A DNA stretch of 64,000 nt from Octopus sinensis (Eukaryota). The stretch spans positions 19,592,001 through 19,656,000 of the forward strand of contig NC_043003.1 of NCBI RefSeq assembly GCF_006345805.1, written 5' to 3'. Below the pieces are notes generated by a model, which searched no databases, was not told the DNA's origin, and was given only the letters and a program-made list of their open reading frames with translations. Positions 11,355 through 22,127 of this stretch are shown here, piece after piece. A program made the position numbers and the translations under genes. How positions within the stretch are numbered: position 1 is the stretch's first letter; the number at the start of each line of letters is the position of its first letter.

Positions 11355-11690
11355 AATGTGTGTGTATATGTTTGTGTGTCTGTGTTTGTGCCCCCCCCCC
11401 CCCAACATCGCTTGACAACTGATACTGGTGTGCTTACGTCCCTGTAACTTAGCAGTTCAGCAAAAGAGACTGATAGAATAAGTACTAGGCTTACAAAGAA
11501 TAAGTCCTGGGGTCGATTTGCTCGACTAAAGGCGGTGCTCCAGCATGGCCACAGTCAAATGACTGAAACAAGTAAAAGAGTAAAGATCAGATTGGAGCCT
11601 GGTGCAACTGCTGGCCTTCCAGCCCTCAGTCAAACCGTCCAAACCATGCCAGCATGGAAAACGGACATTAAACAATGATAATGATGATGA
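10995..11690 (+). mobile_element. Family-C element (host of the family-B insertion)
   Basis: Pieces 10995-11139 and 11585-11690 join into a continuous family-C sequence. Confidence 0.85.
11140..11584 (+). mobile_element. Family-B SINE, full length, nested in a family-C element
   Basis: ggcgtaggagtggctgtgtgg ... gactgaaacaagtaaaagagtaaa; splits cattgcca|gatcaga of the host. Confidence 0.92.
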
Positions 11691-12735
11691 GTAGAAGTAA
11701 ACTTTTGTTTTCCTTTTGTGTAGTTTTCAAAATGTTATTTTGTTCATTGATATATGAGAATACCTTTGAACACTTTTCATACTGCAGCTTTTGGGAATCC
11801 AGCAGGAAAGTGTTATTACAGCTATTTCTGATAGGACCATATGGAGGAGGTGCCTGAGGATTCTACCTCTGCAACCCTTCCAGGAGTAGTGGGCTGGCAA
11901 ACTAGATGGATTGATGTGTGAATATGCCTTGATGGTGATAGAGAGATCAATGGTTGAAGGACAGCTGAGGGACTGTGGTTGTAGTTGTTAGGTATTATAT
12001 AAAGCATGTGATGAATAGTTGTTCTTAGCATTGTGAGGTGTTGCTTCTTTAAGCTATAAATGGAAATTTGTAAGGCTATCGCATCTAATCTAGCAGACCT
12101 CTGATTAAAGACATTCCAGCTATGACCCTCTACTTTTTTTATATCCAGAAATAATATATCTCAGATTACATTATCTGAATTCTTCTATTCTTAAAACTGC
12201 AGATTGTGATTTGAATCAGATTTGGCTGCTAATGCTAGTAGATTAAACTACCATGTAGAGGTTTACTTGTTTTGTATCTCCCCAAGCGGTGATAGTATTA
12301 TTTTGGGGCTTTTAATTTTTTTTTTGTCCCAGGATATCTTGTTTGCACTGAAGTGTTCCCTGATGATAGTGTTTGGGAAAGTTTTGACTTGTAATTAAAG
12401 TTTGTGTAAATGGGGTGGGATTAAAAAATATATCTCAGATTCCACTGGTCATCTCCACTACATGTCCACACCTTTGTGGGGTTTTTTTTTTTACTCATTT
12501 CATTCATTACACTGTAGCCATGCTATGGGTGTGCCTTGAAGAATTTAGTTGTACAAACCAAACTCAGTACTGAGCCCCCCAATACTCATTTTTAAAGTCT
12601 GGTACTTATTTTATCACTCTCTGTTACCGAACTGCTAAGTTATGAGGACATAAGCAAACTAACACTAGTTGTCAAGCAGTTGTGGGGGACACACACACAC
12701 ACACAGTCACAGACTCACACTTCTGCACAGTTTCT

Positions 12736-12968
12736 TATTTCTTTACTACCCACAAGGGGCTAAACATAGAGGGGACAAACAAGGACAGACAAACTGGTTA
12801 AGTCGATTATATCGACCCCAGTGTGTAACTGGTACTTATTTTATCGACACCGAAAGGATGAATGGCGAAGTCGACCTAGGCGGAATTTGAATTCAGAACG
12901 TAGCGGCAGATGAAATACCACTAAGCATTTCGCCCGGTGTGCTTACGTTTCTGCCAGCTCGCCGCCTT
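12736..12968 (-). mobile_element. Family-A SINE with perfect 18-bp TSD, nested in a family-B SINE
   Basis: TSD cacttctgcacagtttct at 12718-12735 and 12969-12986. Confidence 0.92.
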
Positions 12969-13184
12969 CACTTCTGCACAGTTTCTATCTATCAAATTTA
13001 CTTAGAAGCATTAGTTGGCTCAAGGTGCTGCATAGTGGGGACTGACCCCCTCCCCCCTCAAAAAAAATCCCCACATAGTTGCAAAGCAAGCTTTGTAACC
13101 TTCTTCCTGCTTTTACATACACTGTCTTTGTCTTAGTCACTTCTCTACAATAATTTCTTTGTCAGTGTTTCTTTGTCCTTCTTA

Positions 13185-13210
13185 TATATTATACTATTTT
13201 GTTATTTCAG
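13185..13210 (+). promoter_or_regulatory. Putative 3' splice site before the ZNF-A coding exon
   Basis: Pyrimidine tract plus ttatttcAG (AG 13209-13210); a homologous motif precedes all three genes. Confidence 0.65.
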
Positions 13211-13349
13211 GGTTTTTGTCACCAATAATGCACTAATGAAGGATGGCATTATCAAGAAGATATGCAACGTCAATTATATAACCTTGAAGTCGTTTGTGAA
13301 ATTATAAGCAAAGGATTTCAATTTGCATTTAAGGGCAACAGACAGCATT

Positions 13350-15119
13350 ATGGCTGAGGCTGAGACGTGTAAAAGTGAAAATCAAGTTGATGAAACACAA
13401 TCTGAAAATAAAGATACACCATGTGAGACAGAGTTAGATGTAACAAAGAAATTGTATACCTGTGATGTGTGTTTACTGATATTCTCCGATATTGGAAGTT
13501 TGACTAATCACAAACATGTACACTCAGAGAAAAAACCATATCTGTGTAATGCCTGTGGCAAAACATTCTCACGGAAGACTAACTTAACCCGTCACAAACA
13601 TATACACATAAGAGAAAAACCATGCCACTGTGATATCTGTGGTAAATCATTCTCATCGACTGAAAATTTATCTTCTCATAAAAGTACTCATTCAGTTAAG
13701 AGACCACACCAGTGTAATGTCTGTGGTAAGCGGTTTCCTAGAGGAGCAACATTAACTCGCCATAAACGTATTCACAATGACAAGAAACCATATCAATGTG
13801 ACACTTGCGGTAAAACCTTCTCTCAGAATGGGAATTTAGCTTCTCATAAACTTGTTCACTCGGGAGAGAAACGATATCATTGTGATATTTGTAGTAAAAC
13901 ATTCTCCCGGAGTGAATATTTGAAACGACACATACGTGTTCACACAGGGGAAAAACCATATGAATGTGATATCTGTGGCAAGGCGTTCTCTGGGAGTGCG
14001 AATCTCACCTGTCATAAACGTAGGCATACAGGTGAGAAACCATACCATTGTGATATCTGTGGTAAATCATTCTCGACAAGTGGAACCTTATCTTGTCATA
14101 AAAGTAGGCATACAGGTGAGAAATCATATCAGTGTGATATCTGCGGTAAAACATTCTCTCAAAATGGACTGTTAGTTAATCACCGGAGCGTTCACACACG
14201 TGAGAAACCGTACTACTGTGACATCTGCGGTAAAAGATATTCTGTAAAAGGAGATTTAACACGTCACAGTCGGGTTCATACTGATAAGAAATCTAACCAG
14301 GGTGATAAAATCTGTGATAAAAAGATCACTGTCGGTGAAAATATAATCTCTCCTGAACTGATTGAGATAGAGAAACCACATCAGTGTGATATCTGTGGTA
14401 GAAGGTTTTCAGAGAATAGATATTTAATTATGCACAAGCATATTCATACAGGTGAGAAACCATATCAGAGTAATGATGTCTGTGATAGAAAGATAAATGA
14501 AAATGAAAACTTAAATTCGCACTCGGAGAGATCATACGAGTGTAATATCTGTGGTAAGATATTTGCACAGAAGAGATATTTAATTAGGCACATACATATT
14601 CACACAGGTGAGAAACCATACCACTGCGACACGTGTGGTAAAGCATTCTCTCAAAATGAGTACCTGACACTTCACAAACGTATTCACACAGGAGAAAAAC
14701 CATATGTGTGTGATATTTGTGGTAAAGCGTTCTCTACAAGTAAAAGTGCAACTCGTCACAAGCGTATTCACACAGGTGAGAAACCATACCACTGTGATGT
14801 CTGTGGTAAGACATTCTCCGAAAGTTCAAAATTAACTCGTCACAAAGATACACATACAGGTGTGAAGCCATATCACTGTAATATCTGTGGCAAAACCTTT
14901 TCAGTGAAAACAAATTTAACTCGTCACAATAATATACACAGAGGAGAAAATGCTTGTCACTGTGATGTGTGTGGTAAAACATTTTCAACAACTGAAGATT
15001 TGTCATCTCATAAATCTATTCATTTAGACGAGAAACCATATCATTGTGATGTCTGTGGTAAAATATTTTCTGAAAGCAAATCATTATCTATCCATAAATG
15101 TAGCCACATGGATGAGTAA
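13350..15119 (+). CDS. C2H2 zinc-finger protein ZNF-A (589 aa; 18 canonical and 2 degenerate fingers)
   Basis: Uninterrupted ORF with repeated CxxC-x12-HxxxH motifs and TGEKPY-type linkers. First ATG at 13350 (the ORF track starts at a TTG, 13323). Splice acceptor ~140 nt upstream. Confidence 0.95.
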   Translation: MAEAETCKSENQVDETQSENKDTPCETELDVTKKLYTCDVCLLIFSDIGSLTNHKHVHSEKKPYLCNACGKTFSRKTNLTRHKHIHIREKPCHCDICGKSFSSTENLSSHKSTHSVKRPHQCNVCGKRFPRGATLTRHKRIHNDKKPYQCDTCGKTFSQNGNLASHKLVHSGEKRYHCDICSKTFSRSEYLKRHIRVHTGEKPYECDICGKAFSGSANLTCHKRRHTGEKPYHCDICGKSFSTSGTLSCHKSRHTGEKSYQCDICGKTFSQNGLLVNHRSVHTREKPYYCDICGKRYSVKGDLTRHSRVHTDKKSNQGDKICDKKITVGENIISPELIEIEKPHQCDICGRRFSENRYLIMHKHIHTGEKPYQSNDVCDRKINENENLNSHSERSYECNICGKIFAQKRYLIRHIHIHTGEKPYHCDTCGKAFSQNEYLTLHKRIHTGEKPYVCDICGKAFSTSKSATRHKRIHTGEKPYHCDVCGKTFSESSKLTRHKDTHTGVKPYHCNICGKTFSVKTNLTRHNNIHRGENACHCDVCGKTFSTTEDLSSHKSIHLDEKPYHCDVCGKIFSESKSLSIHKCSHMDE

Positions 15120-15480
15120 GCATAATACTGTGATATCAGTGGTAAAATAATTTATCAAAGCAGGCATTTAACTTATCACACATTTGAAAAACCATATCAC
15201 ACCACTGATATCATTTAGTAAAATGCTTCACCAAATGAATATTTGAAATACTCCAGAGATATTCATAAAAGAAAAAAAGAAAATTTGTGAATGTTACACC
15301 ATGGATAAAACATTCTCTGGAAGGCAAAAATCTTGTTATGAACATATACTTCATGTAATAAAACCACCATTGTGATATCTGTGATAAATCATTTTTGATA
15401 AATTAATTAAAGTATGTTGTGTCAAAAATGCACACTCAGGTGAGAAACCTCACCAGAGTGATATTAATTATTAACTGAAA
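15120..15480 (+). pseudogene. Relic zinc-finger repeats downstream of the ZNF-A stop
   Basis: tactgtgatatcagtggtaaa, gaaaaaccatatcac, cattgtgatatctgtgataaatcatt and cactcaggtgagaaacct, with stops and frameshifts. Confidence 0.8.
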
Positions 15481-15747
15481 GTCAACTATTAACTCCTCAG
15501 GGTCTCTACTAACTTCATGGAATCTTTGCATGGCTTCCAACTTCACACTGTTCATACTTAACAAAACTCCCTATAAATTTTCCTTTCTTGTACTTCCTGT
15601 TTCACTATCACATAGATACAATCATTCTAAAATCACACTCTTCTGCTGTTGATTCTGCTCTTTACTTCCTTAAAACTTGTGGATACAGCAACATCCGTGC
15701 ATATCCTAAACATCTACCAGGCTTGCATTTCTCCATGAACAAGCCTC

Positions 15748-16195
15748 TTAACCCTTTTGTTAACATGTTTCTATTAAACTACACTGCTTTTGTTTCAGTT
15801 AATTTAAAGAAAAAAAAAATGAAGAATTTAGTAAAATAATTTTGTTATTAAAACTTTTGTTTGGAACTTAAATTTACCTAAAATTTTGATGTTTAGGTTT
15901 TAATTTAGATCACTTTAGAACAAGAAGCTTTTACAAGGTGTGACAAAAAAAAAACCTCCCAGATTTATCACTCTTGATAAACATTTTAACAGCACGCACA
16001 CGGTGTGCACCAGTTCAAATCATAATGGTAATTGAAAGAAAAAAAATGATAAAACATTAGCTACATGAAGACACTATCTGCCCAGTTTCACTAATAGCAT
16101 GCCATTGGCTGTATAAAAATATGGGGGTCATTCTGTTGCACCCTGTATCAGAAAACCAAGGGATAGTCTAAGGTGGCTGGTATCAAAAGCGTTAA
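15748..16195. mobile_element. TTAA MITE containing a nested TA-flanked Tc1-like MITE (15934-16145)
   Basis: Outer ttaaccctttt / aaaagcgttaa; inner ta|caaggtgtgac ... gttgcaccctg|ta. Confidence 0.7.
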
Positions 16196-17129
16196 ATCGA
16201 GTTGTCTTAATTTTAACTCTTTCAATAGGGATATGACAATTCAGTTTCTTTCAACATCATGAAGGCGCATTTGTAATCATAAGTAATACATAAAAAAAAA
16301 AATCACACAGCCCCCTCCTACATTTCACAATCTACAGTGATCTCTCATGACACAGCTTGCTGTATTAAACATGTTACGCAGTCAGCAACTTGCTCTCTGG
16401 AGGCTCATGCTGTTCCTGAAAACATCAACTTAAATATATTGGAAGGATCATATTTGATTGCATAAAAGATGCACAGGCATATCAGATGTACCTCAGTTTC
16501 AGCAGCACATTCAGGAACAAAAAATGTTGTTTAGTGGATTAAAACTTATGGGTGGGGAGACAACTTTGCATATAGGACCTGGGGTGATTTTCTTTTGTAA
16601 CATATTTTTTAGAAAATAGGTGTCTTATATGCCATCAGGTATGGTGAATATCAGTCTCATTTATCTAGAAAGTTCTGGCTGATTTTAAAAGAAGCTGCAA
16701 TCATTTATCCTCTTAGGAGATCCACTGAGTTGAGCCCCTTGTGGGCAGTAAAGAAATAGGAAACTAAAAGAAACCTCCTGTGTATATGTGTGTATACATC
16801 TATCATGGATGTATGTGTTTACTTGAGTCTCCTTGTCTCGGCATTGCATGATAGTTGTAAACAAATGTTACTTTCACACCTGGAGTATCTTTCAATTCCA
16901 ATCTTCCGTAAAAACGTGTGGCTATGAGGAAATTTTAGCTTGCTTAGAAACAGGAAGGGCATCAAATCATAGAAAAATCTGCCCCAATAAATTCCATGTG
17001 AACCTTGCAAGCATGTAAAAAGTGGAAGCTAAATAATAGACAAATGTAATATTTTACCATTCTTTGACTCTTTTAAAACATTCTGCTTTATCATATACCA
17101 AATGTTACATATAAATAACTGAGAAACAG

Positions 17130-17313
17130 TATTTCATCTGTCGTTACGGTCTGAGTTCAAATTCCGCCAAGGTTGACTTTGCCTTTCATCCTTTCAGGGT
17201 CAATAAATAAAGTACCAGTTTCGCAATGGGGTCGATGTAATCGACTTAATCCCTTTGTCTGTCCTTGTTTGTCCCTTCTATGTTTAGCCCCTTGTGGGCA
17301 ATGAAGAAATATA
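17130..17313 (+). mobile_element. Family-A SINE lacking the A-box head
   Basis: Begins at gtatttcatctgtcg and ends at aagaaata. Confidence 0.85.
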
Positions 17314-17665
17314 TAAATAACTGAGAATGTTTTTGATAAAAATATTTAAATTAAATTTCATAAATATAATTTTTCCCCAATGACATTTTTCCATTTTATT
17401 TTCTTAGATTGAAAGAAGTTGGAAGCTTTTTTTTTTTTAATAAACTTTGTACTGGAGTCCACTGCAACATTGTGTTATGGCTTAATACAACTACTGTTTG
17501 TCATGATAATCATTACCTTGACCAGTTCTTAGTGTAAATGATAATTATTCTGTGTTATCATTTCTAATTGTACTTTGTTAGAGTAGTATTGTTTGAAAAT
17601 GTGTTGTTGCATTTCCAATTGTTTTACTGTTCTAATTAAATTAGTAATAAACATAATTATTGCTA

Positions 17666-17890
17666 TGACGTGGTGCTGAAAAGTTCCTGGCTTTAAGGAT
17701 ATCGGGAAAAACCCTGATTGGAGGCCCAACTTTCTGAGTTCTTTTATAGGGCCTAAAAAAACTGAAGGACTGCTGCGATATGTGTGTGAATCTTAGAAGG
17801 AAATATGTTGCATAAAATCATAATCAACTGATCCTCTTGTATTTTCTTTTACTCAAAGCCAGGAACTTTTAAGCACCCCCCCCCAACCTG
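17666..17890. mobile_element. Mariner-like MITE
   Basis: TIRs gtgctgaaaagttcctggcttt / aaagccaggaacttttaagcac; inverted copy at 41366-41932. Confidence 0.8.
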
Positions 17891-18293
17891 TATATTGTTG
17901 ATGATAAATACATGTAGTTTGAAAAATGATTTCATTTCCATGTTACAGTTGTCCTGATTCTTTCTCATCAAACATTATATATAAACATTTAAATTGCCAA
18001 ATGAAAGAATATATAAAAAAATTAATGTAAAAATATAAAGAAAAAGGAAAACATGACATTCCTTTCAATACATATATCAACGCTTTGCTTCATTTCTTTT
18101 TTATTTGAAAATAATTAAAAAAAAGAATTTTAATTTGATGTTTAAATTTTGATTCCACTGAAATATGGAACCGATTGCAAGCTTTTCCGTTACTTGGGAC
18201 TCTGTATGAAACAATATTTATGTATTTTTTTGTAGCACAGATATTTTATTAATGTAGAATTTTAGCAGGAGTGTCTACTCTGTAGAGTGTGGT

Positions 18294-18590
18294 TCATCAT
18301 CATCATTGTTTAATGTCTGCTTTCCATGCTAGCATGGGTTGGACGATTTGACTGTGGACTGGCAAACCAGATGGCTGCACCAGGCTCCAATCTTGATCTG
18401 GCAGATTTTCTACAGCTGGATGCCCTTCCTAACGCCAACCACTCCGAGAGTGTAGTGGGTGCTTTTACGTGCCACCGGCACGAGGGCCAGTCAGGCAGTA
18501 CTGGCAACGACCATGCTCAAATGGTGCTTTTTATGTGCCTCCTGCACAGGAGCCAATCCAGCGGCACTGGCAACAACCTCGCTCGACATG
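18294..18590 (-). mobile_element. Family-C element
   Basis: (CAT)n tail, ctggatgcccttcctaacgccaacc, tandem gtgcttttaygtgcc units. Confidence 0.88.
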
Positions 18591-19489
18591 CCAGAAAAAC
18601 AGTTGAAGCTGTGTAAGGTGTATTTGGGGCCTGGATTGGGAGTTTAGTGAAATATTTTAGGGTACTGGTAAATGCTTACAAGCACTCTATTTGCAAACTA
18701 CAGAAAGTAGCATTCATTACGAGACTGGATATCTTTCAAGGAATTCAGTATGCCTGAAATATAGTTCTTTGTAAAATTTGTTGGAAAGCTGCAGAAAAAA
18801 TTCCTAATGTAGCTGAATGTCAGATTCTTCAGATCAGTGAGAAGAAAAATTGTCTTAGTTGGTCTACAGATGTCCATTTTATGCTAAAAAAAAGAAAGAA
18901 AAATACACAGCCTGGTTTGACTGAATATTTGATGGTATGTGCAAGACAATGAGTGGATGTGGGTTTGATAGGCATATTGCACTTGTTGCATGACAGTTAG
19001 CCACACCACTTTCTGGGAAAGGAAATTGAAAGAAGAGCATGGGGAAGCTGTTGTTTTGCAGTTTAATTTGACACATACTTGAGAAATTAGAGGAACTTCC
19101 TCTCCTTGTAAATGAGTAATTGATGAGTCTTCATCTGCAGTGTAAAGTTTCATGATATATGTCTATACTCTTACTTAATCAGGCCAAATTAAAATGAAAG
19201 CACATTCAATGCCCAGCTGAGATCTGTATTCACCTAAGTCAGACAAAGTAATCTTATTGGAGGAACTGTCTTATGCTATGGCTGGAATGGACTGAGAAAT
19301 ATGAAGCCCAACGTTGCAGCTCTCTTGGACTTGTCCTTCTGTCACACTTTAGCCTCTCAACACCTGGTATAGAACCATTGGTTCTCATCCTCCCACTTTT
19401 AAATACCCACTCTCTATCTAGCTGAGGTTTTTTCCATTCTTCCTTCTTCCTGTTCTTTGTCTTGCAAGTTACTTGGTGACTCTGCTAGT

Positions 19490-19640
19490 GCTCTGTTAAG
19501 TGGTTGGCATTAGGAAGGGCACCTGGCTGTAGAAATCATGCCAAAGCTGACATTGGAGCTAAACGTGGCTTGCTAGATCCTGTCAAACCAGCCAAATGAT
19601 GCCAGCATGGAAAATGGACATTAATTGATGCTGATGATGT
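19490..19640 (+). mobile_element. Diverged family-C element
   Basis: gtggttggcattaggaagggc...gcatggaaaatggacattaa. Confidence 0.7.
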
Positions 19641-19700
19641 CGGTTGAGTAACAGCAATCCCACGCCCTCTGAACTTTGTGAGGAATATGGCCTATATATT

Positions 19701-19924
19701 TATTTCTTTATTGCCCATAGGGGACTAAACATAGAGAGGACAGATAAAGGAATTAAGTAGATTACATCGACCCCAGTGCTTAATTGGTACTTATTTAATT
19801 GACCCCGAAAGGATGAAAGGCAAAGTTGACCTCAGCAGAATTTGAACTCAGAACATAGCGGCGGACGAAATACTGCTAAGCATTTTGCTCGGCATGCTAA
19901 CAATTCTGCCAGCTTGCCGCCCTG
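19701..19924 (-). mobile_element. Family-A SINE with 15-bp TSD
   Basis: TSD tatggcctatatatt at 19686-19700 and 19925-19939. Confidence 0.92.
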
Positions 19925-20610
19925 TATGGCCTATATATTGTCACACAAAGGTTATCTTACAACAACATGGATGTACAGTGTATCTATCGAATCTAGTATT
20001 TGAAGTCTAAGACTTGGCACTTACTGTATTATATAATCACTTGCAAACACAATATCCAAAATGTTGTGTATGTCAAGCCCTCTTTAATAGCTTGGTGTTG
20101 GATAGACCATTTGATTAGTGCAAACCAAAGTTCCAAATATTTTTAAAGTGAGAGAAAGCAGAGAACCAGGTAAGATTCTTTAGTGCTTGAATGTCCATAA
20201 GACATGTGATCAAAATTATTCATCCCACATGGGAAGAGTTTCAAGACACTGTTTTCCGTGCATTAGGATGTGTTACAGCCAATCGTAGGGACTGGGTTGA
20301 TGAATTTTAGTTGTGATGTCTGGTGTTCACAGCATTTTACTGCATGATAGGCTATCTAGCGAGCATCACAATTTGGCACTTGTTCATTACTAGAATATAA
20401 AATCTGAACTTTGGCAATCACTCAAGTAGATGAAGAACAGTTAGTGAGAGGTTTCATGATAAAATCATTAAGAAGCACAATCATCACATGACACAGGCTT
20501 ATGGACCTAAGAGTCTAGAACTGCCTTCTTTTCTTTCTTGAGATGGCTCTATTCACTAAATTAACAGAGTTTGCTGGTCATTAGGTTAAATACTATTCAA
20601 CCTAATTCAA

Positions 20611-20831
20611 AGGCAATGAGCTGGCAGAAACATTAGCACGCCGGGCAAAATGCTAGCAGTATTTCGTCTGCTGTTATGTTCTGAGTTCAAATTCTGCCGA
20701 GGTCGACTTTACCTTTCATCCTTTCGGGGTTGATAAATTAAGTGTCAGTTACACAATGGGGTCGATGTAATCGACTTAATCCTTTTGTTTGTCCCCTCTA
20801 TGTTTACCCCCTTGTGGGAAATAAAGAAATA
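20611..20831 (+). mobile_element. Family-A SINE inserted in the RTE remnant
   Basis: Full head-to-tail match to the other copies. Confidence 0.9.
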
Positions 20832-21234
20832 AGGTTGAATACTATTCTAGCTGTTAAACAGTGAATCTTTTGTGATTGGAATCCCTGAACAAACACCTAT
20901 CGTTATTTTGGACAAATTCCTTCACAGTAGATTAAGCAGCAAAGGCAATTAGTAAATTGAATCAAAGTAAGGCTCCTAGTGAAGATGGAATCTGTACTAA
21001 AGTCTTGTCCTTTGGTGGCAATCATATCACACAGAGATGAGTTTATTAGTATAGTCTTGAGAGTTGGTGCTATTTTGAAGGACTTCAATTTCTTTATAAA
21101 GGAAAGAGTGACAAAATACAATGTGGCAGCTATAGAGGCATAGCTCTACTGTTGGTGGTTGGCAAGCTTCACTTCTAAGAAGCAGGCATCTTTACATCAC
21201 AATGTATACACTCTGCATGCATTAATAGCAATCA

Positions 21235-21850
21235 TTGACACAATAAATATCAGAGGGAAATGCAAATTTATTCAAGCAGCAACCAGTGAGAGTACCAAAT
21301 GCATTTCGACTATTTCCATGGCATGTACTTGTTGGCTTCTGCTGGGATGAATTTTCATTTGTTTCTGATATTTATTGTGTTTTTAACACAGTAAGTCCAG
21401 AGATATTATTTTAGGACAAATACCACAGTAACTGGCCTATCAACAGTGTTAATACATTAAGTATGATTCATAGATGGCTGTTTTAATTAAATACTGCCTC
21501 AATTGCATACTGATTTTTAATCAACCAAGTGGTTATTTATAATATTAGTGAATGCTTTTATTCACTTTTCCTATATCAGAGAGTACAAATTCCCACCTGA
21601 TCATTGAAAAGGCCTAACAAGGCTGAAATGCATCCAGCACTCTTGTAGGCTGCTGCTAGGATGAATTTTCATCTGCCTTTGATACTTATTGTGTTTTTAA
21701 CACAACAAGCCCATAAGAGAAGCAGAACAAATACTGCAGTAACTGTCCTATTGACTATTTGTATACATTAACTATGATACATAGAAAGCTGTTTTAGTTA
21801 AATACTGTCTCAGTTGTTTATACTGGATTTTTAATAAGTATTCTTTTTAT
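21235..21850. repeat. Inverted partial copy followed by two ~300-bp diverged tandem units
   Basis: gctkctgctrggatgaattttcat...ttattgtgtttttaacac occurs at ~21335 and ~21650; reverse-complement copy at 21235-21310. Confidence 0.8.
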
Positions 21851-21905
21851 TTGTAATTGAATTGTAATTGATGACCTTCCTGAATCTCAGTGTAGTTTCC
21901 ATTAT

Positions 21906-22127
21906 TTCTTTCTTATTTCTTTACTGCTCACAAGGGGCTAAACATAGAGGAGACAAACAGATTAAGTCAATTATATTGAATCCAGTGTGTAACTGGTACT
22001 TATTTAATCGACCTCAAAAGGATGAAAGGCAAAGTCGACCTTGGCGGAATTTGAACCTAGAACATAACAGCAGACGATATACCGCTTAGCATTTCGCCCG
22101 GTGTGCTAACATTTCTGCCAGCTCACC
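21906..22127 (-). mobile_element. Family-A SINE inserted in the RTE RT motif QCxF/GR
   Basis: Full-length copy; degenerate TSD gttt(c/t)cattat. Confidence 0.9.

Noticed and set aside
12250-12460. Possible further Penelope-like remnants (also 18880-19150 and 33500-34100)
   Set aside because: Only vague peptide resemblance (HTGIYL, CNKC); not supportable by eye.
13323-13349. N-terminal extension MHLRATDSI of ZNF-A in the ORF track
   Set aside because: It starts at TTG; alignment with ZNF-B places the homologous ATG at 13350.
13738-15006. Antisense and alternate-frame ORFs overlapping the ZNF exons (also 36163-36948 and 53014-53517)
   Set aside because: Expected by-product of repetitive finger codons; short and with no domain features.
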